Origin: Candidatus Saccharimonadales bacterium
GTDB lineage: Bacteria; Patescibacteriota; Saccharimonadia; Saccharimonadales; SZUA-47
DNA length: 64,000 nucleotides
Assembly: GCA_038211855.1 (NCBI GenBank)
Contig: JBBQVE010000008.1
Location: 957 to 64,956 of the forward strand
Direction: 5' to 3'
A program made the position numbers and the translations under genes. Shown here in pieces: positions 28,869 to 37,004 of this stretch. A model generated the notes under the pieces. That model had not been told where the DNA came from and made no database searches. It saw nothing but the letters and a program-made list of their open reading frames with translations. The stretch's first letter is position 1, and each line of letters opens with the position of its first letter.

Positions 28869-28942
28869 GCGGGTATAGTTTAGTGGCAGAATGTATCCTT
28901 CCCAAGGATGAGATGCGGGTCCGATTCCCGCTACCCGCACCA
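28869..28942 (+). tRNA. tRNA-Gly (anticodon CCC)
   Basis: Acceptor GCGGGTA/TACCCGC, anticodon loop TTCCCAA, T-arm GCGGG-TCCGATT-CCCGC, encoded CCA. Confidence 0.92.
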
Positions 28943-29002
28943 CAAACGAACGTAGTGCAAATAGGTTGCACAAAGTGCCACCAACGACTATAGTAAATTT
29001 AT

Positions 29003-29272
29003 ATGGCGACAACCCAAGGTATTAAACTCGATGATGAAACCCAAAAACGTCTTAAGGCTTTGGCGATTAAGCGTGATCGTTCACCACACTGGCTCATGCG
29101 CACCGCAATCGAAACCTACCTCAATCATGAAGAACAATACGAACTAGAAAAAAGTGAAGACCTGCGTCGTTGGCAGCAGTATGAATTGACGAACGAAGCA
29201 GTTGATCATAGTAAAGCTGCGATCTTGCTCGAACAACTGGCGCACGGCCAAACGGATTTATGGCAGCAGTAA
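29003..29272 (+). CDS. Ribbon-helix-helix antitoxin (ParD/CopG-like)
   Basis: 89 aa. N-terminal RHH pattern (IKLDDETQKRLKALAIKRDRSPHWLMRTAIETYL). Overlaps the downstream toxin gene by 13 nt. Confidence 0.65.
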   Translation: MATTQGIKLDDETQKRLKALAIKRDRSPHWLMRTAIETYLNHEEQYELEKSEDLRRWQQYELTNEAVDHSKAAILLEQLAHGQTDLWQQ

Positions 29273-29541
29273 AATGGTTACCCGAAGCACTTGGTGATAT
29301 CGAGCGACTACATGCTTTTTTGTACGAAAAAAGTCCCAAGGCCGCAGCTGGCGCTGCACAGACAATTTTAAGCGCCGGTTCGTTGTTGCAAACAAATCCT
29401 CGAATCGGCCGTCCAATGTCTGATGAGACCGATAGGCGGGAACTTTTTGCTACCTATGGCGCTGGTGCACATGTCCTCAGATATAAACTAGTCGGCGAAG
29501 ACCCCTTCATTATACGTGTATGGAACAATCGAGAACAATGA
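29260..29541 (+). CDS. RelE/ParE-family toxin
   Basis: 93 aa. WLPEALGDIERLHAFL...NPRIGRP...RELF...YVLRYKL...IIRVWNNRE is the typical ParE/RelE layout. Confidence 0.7.
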   Translation: MAAVKWLPEALGDIERLHAFLYEKSPKAAAGAAQTILSAGSLLQTNPRIGRPMSDETDRRELFATYGAGAHVLRYKLVGEDPFIIRVWNNREQ

Positions 29542-29744
29542 ACAGCGTAAGAACGATTTTTGGTATCATAGGGACATGCTCGTTTATCCAGCCAATCCAC
29601 AGACTATTTCTTGGCAGAGACGTCTTACTCCTTGAAAACCTCGTCAATCTGGATAAGATAGCTGGCAAAAGCTTTAGGCTCTACGCCTTTCCGCTAAACT
29701 TCGACCTCGAAGCCACCCCAGCCCGTGTCGTCGCTGAACTATAA
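29520..29744 (+). pseudogene. Possible C-terminal relic of a cyclase / kynurenine-formamidase-family gene
   Basis: Only the last 45 codons (29613..29744) look protein-like. GRDVLLLENLVNLDKIAGKSFRLYAFPLNFDLEATPARVVAEL resembles the conserved C-terminus (..ENL.NL..L....F.....PLK..G.DGSP.R..A) of cyclase-family proteins, which are about 210-260 aa. There is no upstream remainder. Confidence 0.3.
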
Positions 29745-30931
29745 TGAAGCCGTCTCGAATGAAAATATCTGAGAATTCCATCACAAAACGCCTCTTGATG
29801 ATGAAATTTGCCAGTGAATGTATCCCAATTTACGGGGTCTTTACAATCATGTTTGGCGACCGTGGCGGAGTAGGTGCCGCCGGCATTGGATTCATCCTCG
29901 CCATTGGCTTTGTGTTGGCAATCCTGTTTGAGATTCCAACCGGTATTTTTGCCGATAAAGTTCCCCGAAAGTATGTCTTACAGATAGCGGCGGCCAGCAA
30001 AGGTTTTGGACCACTGACATGGCTGCTGTTTCCATCACTCTGGGGGTTTGTTGGCGGAACCGCCTTCTTTGCGCTCGGTACAGCGCTTGAATCGGGAGCA
30101 CTCCAAGCCTACCTCTATGGAACTCTCGGGACAGAAAACAAAAAGGCTTTTGGAAAGTTCTGGAGCCGCATGACAGCTATGGTCATGGTTTCTTATAGTA
30201 TTGCCTATGCGCTTGCAACACTCATTGGTGTGAACTACCCACTGTTGCTCGTTTTGAGCACGCTATCATGCGTGATTGCTATTTCTATAGGTTCAACTTT
30301 ACCGAAAGACACGATTATAACTGGGGTCGAGGTGAAACCAAAGATATTTGCCAGTGCCATAGGGCACATCGCCAAATCGCGCGATTTGATCCGACTCCTC
30401 ATGGGTTCAATCCTGATAATTGCGCTGGCTGACATGATGATTGAGTACATGGCGTTGTATTATCATCAGTTGGGTGTGCCGACGCGTTTTGTATCCTCAA
30501 TCTTTATTCCCGGCAACTTTCTTGGGGCAGCTTTGTTTTGGACGATGCATTCGTGGGAAGGCTTTCTTAACAAAAATAAGGTTTTGCTACTCCTCGGCTT
30601 TACTCTACTTTTCGTCAGTACCATCAACGCACCCCTAGGAATTGCGCTCGCCGGCTTTATCATCTTCTCGAGGATGATTCGCGTTTTACAGGTTCAGTTT
30701 GAATCGAACATCCAGCATCTTGCCAGCGACGAGGCTCGCGCCACCATCACCTCGATCGGAGCATTTATATCCAAACTGGCGACGGCGGGTGCCGTGCTGG
30801 CAATCGGCCTATCGGCGCACAATAACACGATCATCTGGCCGTTTCGCATCGCGTTGTTGGTAGGCGTGGCCATATTTATTATGATTCAGCTGGCGTTCCG
30901 CCTAAGAGATTCCCGCGCTGCGAACCGCTAA
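29744..30931 (+). CDS. MFS-type transporter
   Basis: 395 aa with about 11-12 TMs. The loop FADKVPRKYV after TM2 fits the MFS motif-A position. Confidence 0.7.
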   Translation: MKPSRMKISENSITKRLLMMKFASECIPIYGVFTIMFGDRGGVGAAGIGFILAIGFVLAILFEIPTGIFADKVPRKYVLQIAAASKGFGPLTWLLFPSLWGFVGGTAFFALGTALESGALQAYLYGTLGTENKKAFGKFWSRMTAMVMVSYSIAYALATLIGVNYPLLLVLSTLSCVIAISIGSTLPKDTIITGVEVKPKIFASAIGHIAKSRDLIRLLMGSILIIALADMMIEYMALYYHQLGVPTRFVSSIFIPGNFLGAALFWTMHSWEGFLNKNKVLLLLGFTLLFVSTINAPLGIALAGFIIFSRMIRVLQVQFESNIQHLASDEARATITSIGAFISKLATAGAVLAIGLSAHNNTIIWPFRIALLVGVAIFIMIQLAFRLRDSRAANR

Positions 30932-30940
30932 AATCAGCAT

Positions 30941-30956
30941 TTTCTGCTATACTAAC
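30941..30956 (+). promoter_or_regulatory. Extended -10 promoter (TTTCTGCTATACTAAC) giving a leaderless mRNA
   Basis: Same 16-mer as at 28722. TATACT ends 7 nt before ATG 30961, so the predicted TSS falls at or next to the start codon. No SD is present. Confidence 0.4.
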
Positions 30957-30960
30957 TCCT

Positions 30961-31200
30961 ATGAGTCAAGATGAATTCACAAAGCTTTTCAAATATATGT
31001 CTGAGCGTTTTGACACTGTTGATGCGCAGTTTAGTAAGGTTACAAGTCGTTTTGACGGGCTAGAAAAAATGGTTGATAAAGTAATAAAGAACCAAGATAT
31101 AGATGGGGATGAGCGACTTATTATGGGCCATCAACTAGACAGACTAGACCGCTGGGTTCACGATCTGGCAGACAAAATCGGCTACAAACTCACCATTTAA
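30961..31200 (+). CDS. Small coiled-coil hypothetical protein
   Basis: 79 aa, helical and charged. No motif recognised. Confidence 0.5.
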   Translation: MSQDEFTKLFKYMSERFDTVDAQFSKVTSRFDGLEKMVDKVIKNQDIDGDERLIMGHQLDRLDRWVHDLADKIGYKLTI

Positions 31201-31203
31201 GCA

Positions 31204-31569
31204 ATGAAGATTCCTAAACACTTTTTTCATGACCGTGCGGTACTCGCTTTCGTGGGAATCAACACTGTACTGACGCTGTTCTCGCTCATGTACATATTTT
31301 TTGGTGTCTTGCAGAGCGTCAATACAACACAAATTATTCAACACCGTGATATTTTCTCGGCTCGGGCCAGCGCTGATACGAGCGGCTCGATTAACGAGTT
31401 CCGTTACTACGCACTTTTCATATTTTTGCAGTATGTCTTTGGCCTGTTGCTCAGCATTCGTGTGTACGTGCACCGGCGGGTTCTCTCTGTTGCGATCTTG
31501 GCTGGCGTGAGCTATCTAACGATTCTCGCCATAATTGTCGTTAACTTACTGCACCTGCAACGAGGCTAA
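31204..31569 (+). CDS. Hypothetical membrane protein
   Basis: 121 aa with 3-4 TMs. Tightly packed between the neighbouring genes. Confidence 0.5.
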   Translation: MKIPKHFFHDRAVLAFVGINTVLTLFSLMYIFFGVLQSVNTTQIIQHRDIFSARASADTSGSINEFRYYALFIFLQYVFGLLLSIRVYVHRRVLSVAILAGVSYLTILAIIVVNLLHLQRG

Positions 31570-31571
31570 CC

Positions 31572-33191
31572 ATGAGAGTCCAAGACATTGAGATTCCGCA
31601 ACCTGCTGACCGACATGGCTGGTATCGTTTTTATGAAATTCTACCCGGCGCCCTGAGCTGGACGGTGATTATTCTGCCATTTTTGTTGGCTTTCGTGAGC
31701 ATCACCGCCTCGGCTGCTATCATGATTGCCTATCTGTTGATGTGGTTCATTCGGGCCATCGTTTTGAACGTTCGGGTCATACAGAGCTACAACTTGCTCG
31801 TCGAACATCAGAAGATTAACTGGCAAGCCCTCATCGATGATGTACAGAAGGGTGAGGCGACACATCCTTCGGCCCCAAAATGGCACGCTGCCAATCTGGC
31901 GCGTATCGCTCGTACCCCCAACGGCATCGATCCGCGTGAGACGGTGCACGCCGTAGTCATTGCAACATATAACGAAACTAGGGAAATTCTCGAACCGACC
32001 GTCAAAGCCGTGCTCGACAGCGACTTTGACCATAAAAAAATTATTCTGGTGATTGCTTACGAAGGACGTAATGGTGCACCTGCCGAAAAGCCTGTCCTCG
32101 ACTTGATCAGAGAATATGGTGATAAGTTTGCTTTTGCGATTGCCACCAAACACCCGCTGACCGATGGTGAAGTCAAGGGCAAAGGTGGCAACATTACGTT
32201 TGCCGGATACAAGTTGGCGGAACTTGTGAAACAACAGGGCATCGACCCCTCGAAAGTGCTTGTGACGACACTCGATTCCGATAACCGCCCGCACAAGAAG
32301 TACCTGGCCGGCCTTACGTATGTCCACAGCGTCTGCCATGATCCAAAACACCTCTCGTTCCAGCCGGCGCCGATGTTCACGAACAATATTTGGGATGCAC
32401 CGGCGTTGATGCGCGTGATCGCTACCAGTAACTCATTTTGGATGCTAGTGCAGGGCACGCGCCAACATATGTTGCGCAACTTTTCGTCACACTCTCAGCC
32501 GCTCGATGCGCTGATTGAAATGAATTTTTGGAGCACGCGTACAATCGTGGAAGACGGCCACCACTTCTGGCGTAGCTACTTCCGCTTTAACGGCCACCAC
32601 GAGGTCATTCCAATCTTCCTCCCGATCTACCAAGACGCCGTACTCGCCAAGGGGTATCGTCGCACCCTCAAGGCGCAGTTTATCCAGATCCGCCGCTGGG
32701 CGTGGGGTGCTTCCGACGTCGCTTATGTGGCCAAAAACACCTATTTTTATAAGAATGATAAGCTGAACAAAACCGATGCGACCTTCAAGTTTCTGCGCCT
32801 CCTCGAAGGCCATGTCAGTTGGGCAACGAGTCCGTTAATTTTGTTGTACGGTGCCTTTGTGCCGAGCCTTCTTTATCATAAGAACCTGCTGGCCAACCAG
32901 CTGCCGTTCATCGCCAGTAACATCGAGCGGATTGCCCTCGCCACCATCCTCTTGTCTTTGTATATGAGCTTTAAGATCCTACCGCCAAAACCCGCTCGTT
33001 ACAAGCACACACGCACCTTCTGGATGATCGTGCAGTGGATCCTTCTGCCGGTCACCACTCTCTGCTACAGCGCTGCTGCAGCCATCTACTCGCAAACTCG
33101 TCTGATGTTCGGCCATTACATTGGTTCATTCGACGTCACCGAGAAGGCTGTCAAAACCGCCGATGGCGACACGATCACTTCGGAGAAGTAA
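31572..33191 (+). CDS. Membrane-embedded family-2 glycosyltransferase (processive synthase-like)
   Basis: 539 aa. VVIATYNE, TTLDSDN (D,D,D motifs) and QIRRWAWG (QxxRW), with flanking TM helices. Confidence 0.8.
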   Translation: MRVQDIEIPQPADRHGWYRFYEILPGALSWTVIILPFLLAFVSITASAAIMIAYLLMWFIRAIVLNVRVIQSYNLLVEHQKINWQALIDDVQKGEATHPSAPKWHAANLARIARTPNGIDPRETVHAVVIATYNETREILEPTVKAVLDSDFDHKKIILVIAYEGRNGAPAEKPVLDLIREYGDKFAFAIATKHPLTDGEVKGKGGNITFAGYKLAELVKQQGIDPSKVLVTTLDSDNRPHKKYLAGLTYVHSVCHDPKHLSFQPAPMFTNNIWDAPALMRVIATSNSFWMLVQGTRQHMLRNFSSHSQPLDALIEMNFWSTRTIVEDGHHFWRSYFRFNGHHEVIPIFLPIYQDAVLAKGYRRTLKAQFIQIRRWAWGASDVAYVAKNTYFYKNDKLNKTDATFKFLRLLEGHVSWATSPLILLYGAFVPSLLYHKNLLANQLPFIASNIERIALATILLSLYMSFKILPPKPARYKHTRTFWMIVQWILLPVTTLCYSAAAAIYSQTRLMFGHYIGSFDVTEKAVKTADGDTITSEK

Positions 33192-33192
33192 T

Positions 33193-34023
33193 ATGATTAA
33201 ACACCCTATGGCTGAGCGACTGGCAGAGTATGTACCACCTGGAGCGGTGGCAGAAACATTTGTGTATGGATCGCTCGCAATTGGCGTGCTTGAATCAGTC
33301 CGAAGAAGAAGCAAGAATCCGATTGTAACGGTTGGTACGGGCTTCGCATTTGGTACTGTTGGTGCGGTCCTCAACACCGTGATTAATCATCGTAGTGGGG
33401 CGCATCATTCGCCTCGTTTAAAAGATTGGGTGCATAAATCAGGACGTATTGCCCAGTCATTTTTAACAGGGATTGATGTGCCAACTACTGTTCCCGAGCA
33501 CAAGATCCATCACGCACACACTGATCAGCAACTTGACCCACATTCTCCTGTGAATGAGGGTCGGGTAGGTGTCGGTGTTCATCTCATCGAGCTCATCAAG
33601 ACATATGACGAAGAACATCACGATGCAGTCGTTCGCCATCAGGATGTGCGAAGCCACCCAATGTGGTCAGACAATAAGATGTACACCGCACTCGGTATCG
33701 CCGGCACGCACTTCTTCGCCGGAAAAGCCCTTGGACTTCCACTCTCGCATAGGCTTATATCAGCAGGGCTGCACATAAGTACTATCTATATTCAGGACGC
33801 GACATTTACGGCCGATTCACACGCAGACGGTCATACCCAAGACGTTCCACTTACTCCACTAACTAATATTATTCCGGGAGGAGAGGGGGATCACTTACAC
33901 CATCATAAACATCCGCTTGATCCTAGGCATTCAAAGTTTGATTCAGGGCATGTTGCCATTAGGGCACTCGAAATGATGGGCTTAGCCAACCCTCATCCTA
34001 CGGATCCAGCCTGGGCTGCGTAA
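33193..34023 (+). CDS. Acyl-CoA/acyl-lipid desaturase-like di-iron membrane protein
   Basis: The track ORF starts at 33121 inside the upstream gene. ATG 33193 is preferred (276 aa). Three His boxes: NHRSGAHH, HKIHHAHTDQQLDPHSP and GEGDHLHHHKHP. These match the delta-9 desaturase pattern HRxxxH / HRxHHxxxDxxxDPH / GEGxHxxHHxxP. Confidence 0.65.
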   Translation: MIKHPMAERLAEYVPPGAVAETFVYGSLAIGVLESVRRRSKNPIVTVGTGFAFGTVGAVLNTVINHRSGAHHSPRLKDWVHKSGRIAQSFLTGIDVPTTVPEHKIHHAHTDQQLDPHSPVNEGRVGVGVHLIELIKTYDEEHHDAVVRHQDVRSHPMWSDNKMYTALGIAGTHFFAGKALGLPLSHRLISAGLHISTIYIQDATFTADSHADGHTQDVPLTPLTNIIPGGEGDHLHHHKHPLDPRHSKFDSGHVAIRALEMMGLANPHPTDPAWAA

Positions 34024-34027
34024 TATT

Positions 34028-34423
34028 TTACGACGTGCGTGCTTTGTAGACGGCGGCGGCAGTTTTATCAAACCGGCCTAAAACCTGCAGGGCGGTTTTT
34101 TTAATTTCGTTGGCAGGAATGATTGCTTCGTTTTTGGCGAGCAGCTTTTGCAAGATGGTGTCGCGCAGGGCTGCAGCGTCTGTCACGGCGGTTTTTCTAT
34201 GCTTGAGGGCTTCGTAAAGGCTGATTAACAGGGTTTCAGCCTGTAACTCGTGTATCGAATCGTCCTTGGAAACACGGTAGGCTGAGCGGCTTTCTGGGGC
34301 CTCCACGGTGGTCCAGAGCGCACCGCAATCCAAACATTCACGACGGCGCCATACGCTGTTAGTGCGTTTTTGCAGTCGGGAGTTTGTAACATGGCTTTTG
34401 CGGCCACAATATATGCATACCAT
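34028..34423 (-). CDS. nrdR: NrdR-like transcriptional repressor (zinc ribbon + ATP-cone)
   Basis: 131 aa. CIYC...RRRECLDCGALWTT zinc ribbon at the N-terminus, then an ATP-cone-like helical segment. Confidence 0.6.
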   Translation of the reverse strand: MVCIYCGRKSHVTNSRLQKRTNSVWRRRECLDCGALWTTVEAPESRSAYRVSKDDSIHELQAETLLISLYEALKHRKTAVTDAAALRDTILQKLLAKNEAIIPANEIKKTALQVLGRFDKTAAAVYKARTS

Positions 34424-34496
34424 GTCAACATAGTGTCATACTGGAAGAGAAAATGCTAGTGGATAAACTCCCTAAAACCAGGGTATAACTGCTAGA

Positions 34497-34922
34497 ATGA
34501 TAGATATGAGCGATGTAGCTGACTGTCCATTCTGCAATCTAAAAGAGAGAGTCCTACTGCAAAACGATCTGGCAGTAGCTTTTTTGAGTGATCCGCGTAA
34601 AGTGAAAGGCCACATGCTGGTGACATCGAAGCGGCACATCGAAAAGCCTTGGGAGGTCACATCAGAAGAGTTACAGGCCGTATATGGCTTGATTAACGAC
34701 ATTGAGCAACGTTTAGAAGGTAAACTCGGTGTCGGCTTCGATATTCGCCAAAATTATCGCCCGTTTCTTGAAGAAACTCGCCTGACAGTCCGCCACATTC
34801 ATTTCCATGTGATCCCACGCAGTAAATACGATCATATATATGAAGTAGCCGAACATTTTGATACGGTGTTATTCGAGAAATTAACAGATCAGGAACGCGA
34901 AGAAGTCACGAAACTTTTCTAA
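34497..34922 (+). CDS. HIT-family nucleotide hydrolase/transferase
   Basis: 141 aa with histidine triad HIHFHVIPR and an N-terminal CPFC. Confidence 0.85.
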   Translation: MIDMSDVADCPFCNLKERVLLQNDLAVAFLSDPRKVKGHMLVTSKRHIEKPWEVTSEELQAVYGLINDIEQRLEGKLGVGFDIRQNYRPFLEETRLTVRHIHFHVIPRSKYDHIYEVAEHFDTVLFEKLTDQEREEVTKLF

Positions 34923-34958
34923 ACAAAAAGAGGGCCACGTCTTTCGACGTAGCCCTCT
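34921..34958 (-). terminator. Rho-independent terminator oriented for the minus strand
   Basis: 13-bp stem agagggc.acgtc / gacgt.gccctct with a GAAA/TTTC loop. On the minus strand it is followed by TTTTTGTTT; on the plus strand no T-tract follows. Confidence 0.6.
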
Positions 34959-34972
34959 AGTCATTCGTCCAC

Positions 34973-35101
34973 TTAAGCTGCTTCCGCAGATATCTGAGGA
35001 CGAACTCGTCGGATTCGCTGACGAAGTGGTTCTGCCGAAGTTAATTCCTCGTAAAACAACTTAAACTCGTCGAGCGTACTCGGGTTGTTACTCAAACTCA
35101 C
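34973..35101 (-). CDS. Small ORF (40-42 aa) below the track cutoff, with its own promoter, SD and terminator
   Basis: GTG 35101 or TTG 35095, preceded by GAAGGTGA. Peptide (V/M)SLSNNPSTLDEFKLFYEELTSAEPLRQRIRRVRPQISAEAA. Stop 34973..34975 lies 15 nt before the terminator stem. Consensus promoter sits 65 nt upstream. Confidence 0.4.
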   Translation of the reverse strand: MSLSNNPSTLDEFKLFYEELTSAEPLRQRIRRVRPQISAEAA

Positions 35102-35172
35102 CTTCGCGTGGACTTGCAAGCGTCAATAACCACCCGGTCTCGCAAACACGCGCCTCTCTGATTAACACGCTT

Positions 35173-35201
35173 ATGTTAACATATCACAAGCATTTTGTCA
35201 A
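35173..35201 (-). promoter_or_regulatory. Near-consensus sigma70 promoter on the minus strand
   Basis: Read on the minus strand: TTGACA (35201..35196), exact 17-nt spacer, TAACAT (35178..35173). Lies 56 nt downstream of the stop of the 198-aa gene. Confidence 0.5.
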
Positions 35202-35256
35202 GGTAACGCTTGATGCTTACAGAGGTGGTCGTAGCAAATTCTACATAGATTACAGA

Positions 35257-35853
35257 TTAAAATTCTGGGATGTCAATTTTAGTAAGATCGATTGCTTTGA
35301 AAAAATCTATGGCGAATCTGCGACCAGTTCCATTTTTTGCGGAGTGAAGCGGTCTTTTAGAGGCCATTCTGTCCAGATTGTTTAAGGCAAGCACATCTCC
35401 TACGGCCGCATGTGATTGTTTATACGAACCATGATGCTTGATGCCAAGTCGCCATCCCCCATACGTATAATCCACTTCACCAGTTGCGACAACGATGAAG
35501 CTGATACCTGGCGCAACCATGCCATCTCTGTGAGGCTGAATACCATGCATTTTAACGCCAACCTGTATAACATGTGAAAAATCTCCTGCCTTTTGTGTCG
35601 CCATAGCTCCAAGTCTTTCTAGCACTAGCTGTGAATGTGTATAGGGTTTTTCTGCATCAAATAGACCTGCGATTGTCACATCAATGAGCCCAGGGTTATG
35701 TCGCCCACCCGGGATAATCCGGTCGGAGCCTCTTACGAGCTCTGTATTGAATCTGTTCATCTCCTCAGGAGTAAATACCGAGCGAAGCAAGTCTGCACGG
35801 CCTCTATTGGGTAGGGCATGCATGAGTGGAGGATTCAACAAGACGTCGGTCAT
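35257..35853 (-). CDS. Hypothetical protein, possibly 2OG-Fe(II)-oxygenase/AlkB-like
   Basis: 198 aa. PHRDG (HxD), a later His and a C-terminal GRRFAIDFF vaguely resemble the AlkB-type facial triad plus Arg. This is a weak call. Confidence 0.4.
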   Translation of the reverse strand: MTDVLLNPPLMHALPNRGRADLLRSVFTPEEMNRFNTELVRGSDRIIPGGRHNPGLIDVTIAGLFDAEKPYTHSQLVLERLGAMATQKAGDFSHVIQVGVKMHGIQPHRDGMVAPGISFIVVATGEVDYTYGGWRLGIKHHGSYKQSHAAVGDVLALNNLDRMASKRPLHSAKNGTGRRFAIDFFKAIDLTKIDIPEF

Positions 35854-35903
35854 TACTAGGAATTGTAAACCCGATTTACGAGGTTTGCAATCGTGCTATA
35901 ATT

Positions 35904-36995
35904 ATGTCTTATATGCATCTTTTTAAAACAACAGGAACTTTTGGTGAATTTGGACGTGTGGGTGAGTTTAAAACCCGCCGTGGAATCGTCAAAACACCGA
36001 CTTTTATGCCAGATGGCACGCGTGGGGCGGTGAAGTGCCTGACGCCTGAACAGGTCTATGGAACAGGGGTGCAGGTGGTGCTCAACAACACCTATCATTT
36101 GCATTTGGCACCCGGAGAAGAGACAGTGGCGGCACTTGGCGGTGTCCATGGCTTTGGCCGCTGGGACGGCCCGATTCTGACCGATTCCGGCGGGTTTCAA
36201 GTGTTTAGTTTGAGCAAACTTCGTAAAATTACCGAAGAGGGCGTCAAATTTAAGCATCCTATAACCGGTGAAATGCGCTTCATTAGCCCCGAAATCTCCA
36301 TTCAGGTCCAATTGAAGCTAGGTGCAGATATGATCGTCGCATTCGACCATTTGACCGGTTTGGATGACGATTCGCGCAAGGATACGCTGGAAGCTTTTGA
36401 GCGAACACATCGATGGTTGGCGCGCTGCGTGATTGAATTCAAAAAGTTGACTCAAGATATGCCGGTAGGTGAACGACCACTGTTATTTGGCGTTGTTCAG
36501 GGCGGATTAGACTTGGAGTTGCGCCGCAAATCTTTGGAAATCGTGCAGGCATCGGATGTCGATGGCATCGCAATTGGGGGCCTAAGCGTTGGTGAAACCC
36601 GCGAGGAAATGTTCACCGTCTTGAAGGCTTTGGCGCCGCTGTACGACCCAAACCGACCACGCTTTTTGCTGGGAGTCGGCACGCCGGAGGACCTGCACTT
36701 TGCCTACGAACAGGGCATTGATATGGCCGACTGCGTGTTGCCAACCAGAAACGCCCGTCATGCTACTGTATGGACAACCGGTGACGCCAAAATCCACTTA
36801 ACGAATGAGAAATATACCAAGGATCCCGAGCCGATCATGGTTGGTTGTGACTGTTACGCTTGTGCGCACGACTTTAGTAAAGCCTTTTTACGACATCAGT
36901 TCAAGGTCGGTGAGCCACTGGCTGGCAGTCTCGCTAGCATCCACAACCTCCGTTATTTGACGCGCATCTGCGACGAGTATCGCGCTCTTTCCTGA
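35904..36995 (+). CDS. tgt: tRNA-guanine transglycosylase (queuine tRNA-ribosyltransferase)
   Basis: The track ORF starts at 35826 and overlaps the divergent gene. ATG 35904 is preferred (363 aa). LTDSGGFQVFSL, FGVVQGG, and zinc site CDCYAC...H. Confidence 0.9.
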   Translation: MSYMHLFKTTGTFGEFGRVGEFKTRRGIVKTPTFMPDGTRGAVKCLTPEQVYGTGVQVVLNNTYHLHLAPGEETVAALGGVHGFGRWDGPILTDSGGFQVFSLSKLRKITEEGVKFKHPITGEMRFISPEISIQVQLKLGADMIVAFDHLTGLDDDSRKDTLEAFERTHRWLARCVIEFKKLTQDMPVGERPLLFGVVQGGLDLELRRKSLEIVQASDVDGIAIGGLSVGETREEMFTVLKALAPLYDPNRPRFLLGVGTPEDLHFAYEQGIDMADCVLPTRNARHATVWTTGDAKIHLTNEKYTKDPEPIMVGCDCYACAHDFSKAFLRHQFKVGEPLAGSLASIHNLRYLTRICDEYRALS

Positions 36996-37004
36996 GTGCG
37001 ACTA

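Noticed and set aside
31641-32351. Long antisense shadow ORFs (for example 236 aa here; also 3577..4137, 8357..8923, 14127..14681, 44173..44739, 59702..60253, 63234..63680)
   Set aside because: Each lies fully inside and opposite a well-supported gene (GT2, pilM, pilT, pilX-like, MBL-fold, gyrB, gyrA). Their composition is Arg/Ser/low-complexity and they have no start signals. This is typical of stop-poor antisense frames.
34985-35012. SRP (4.5S) RNA domain IV: minus strand reads CUGC-GGAA-GCAGCUUAAG, resembling GGAAGCAGCCAAGG
   Set aside because: The internal loops flanking the GGAA hairpin do not match the conserved symmetric and asymmetric loops, and no long 5'/3' pairing exists. The segment sits inside a well-signalled small ORF (34973..35101).
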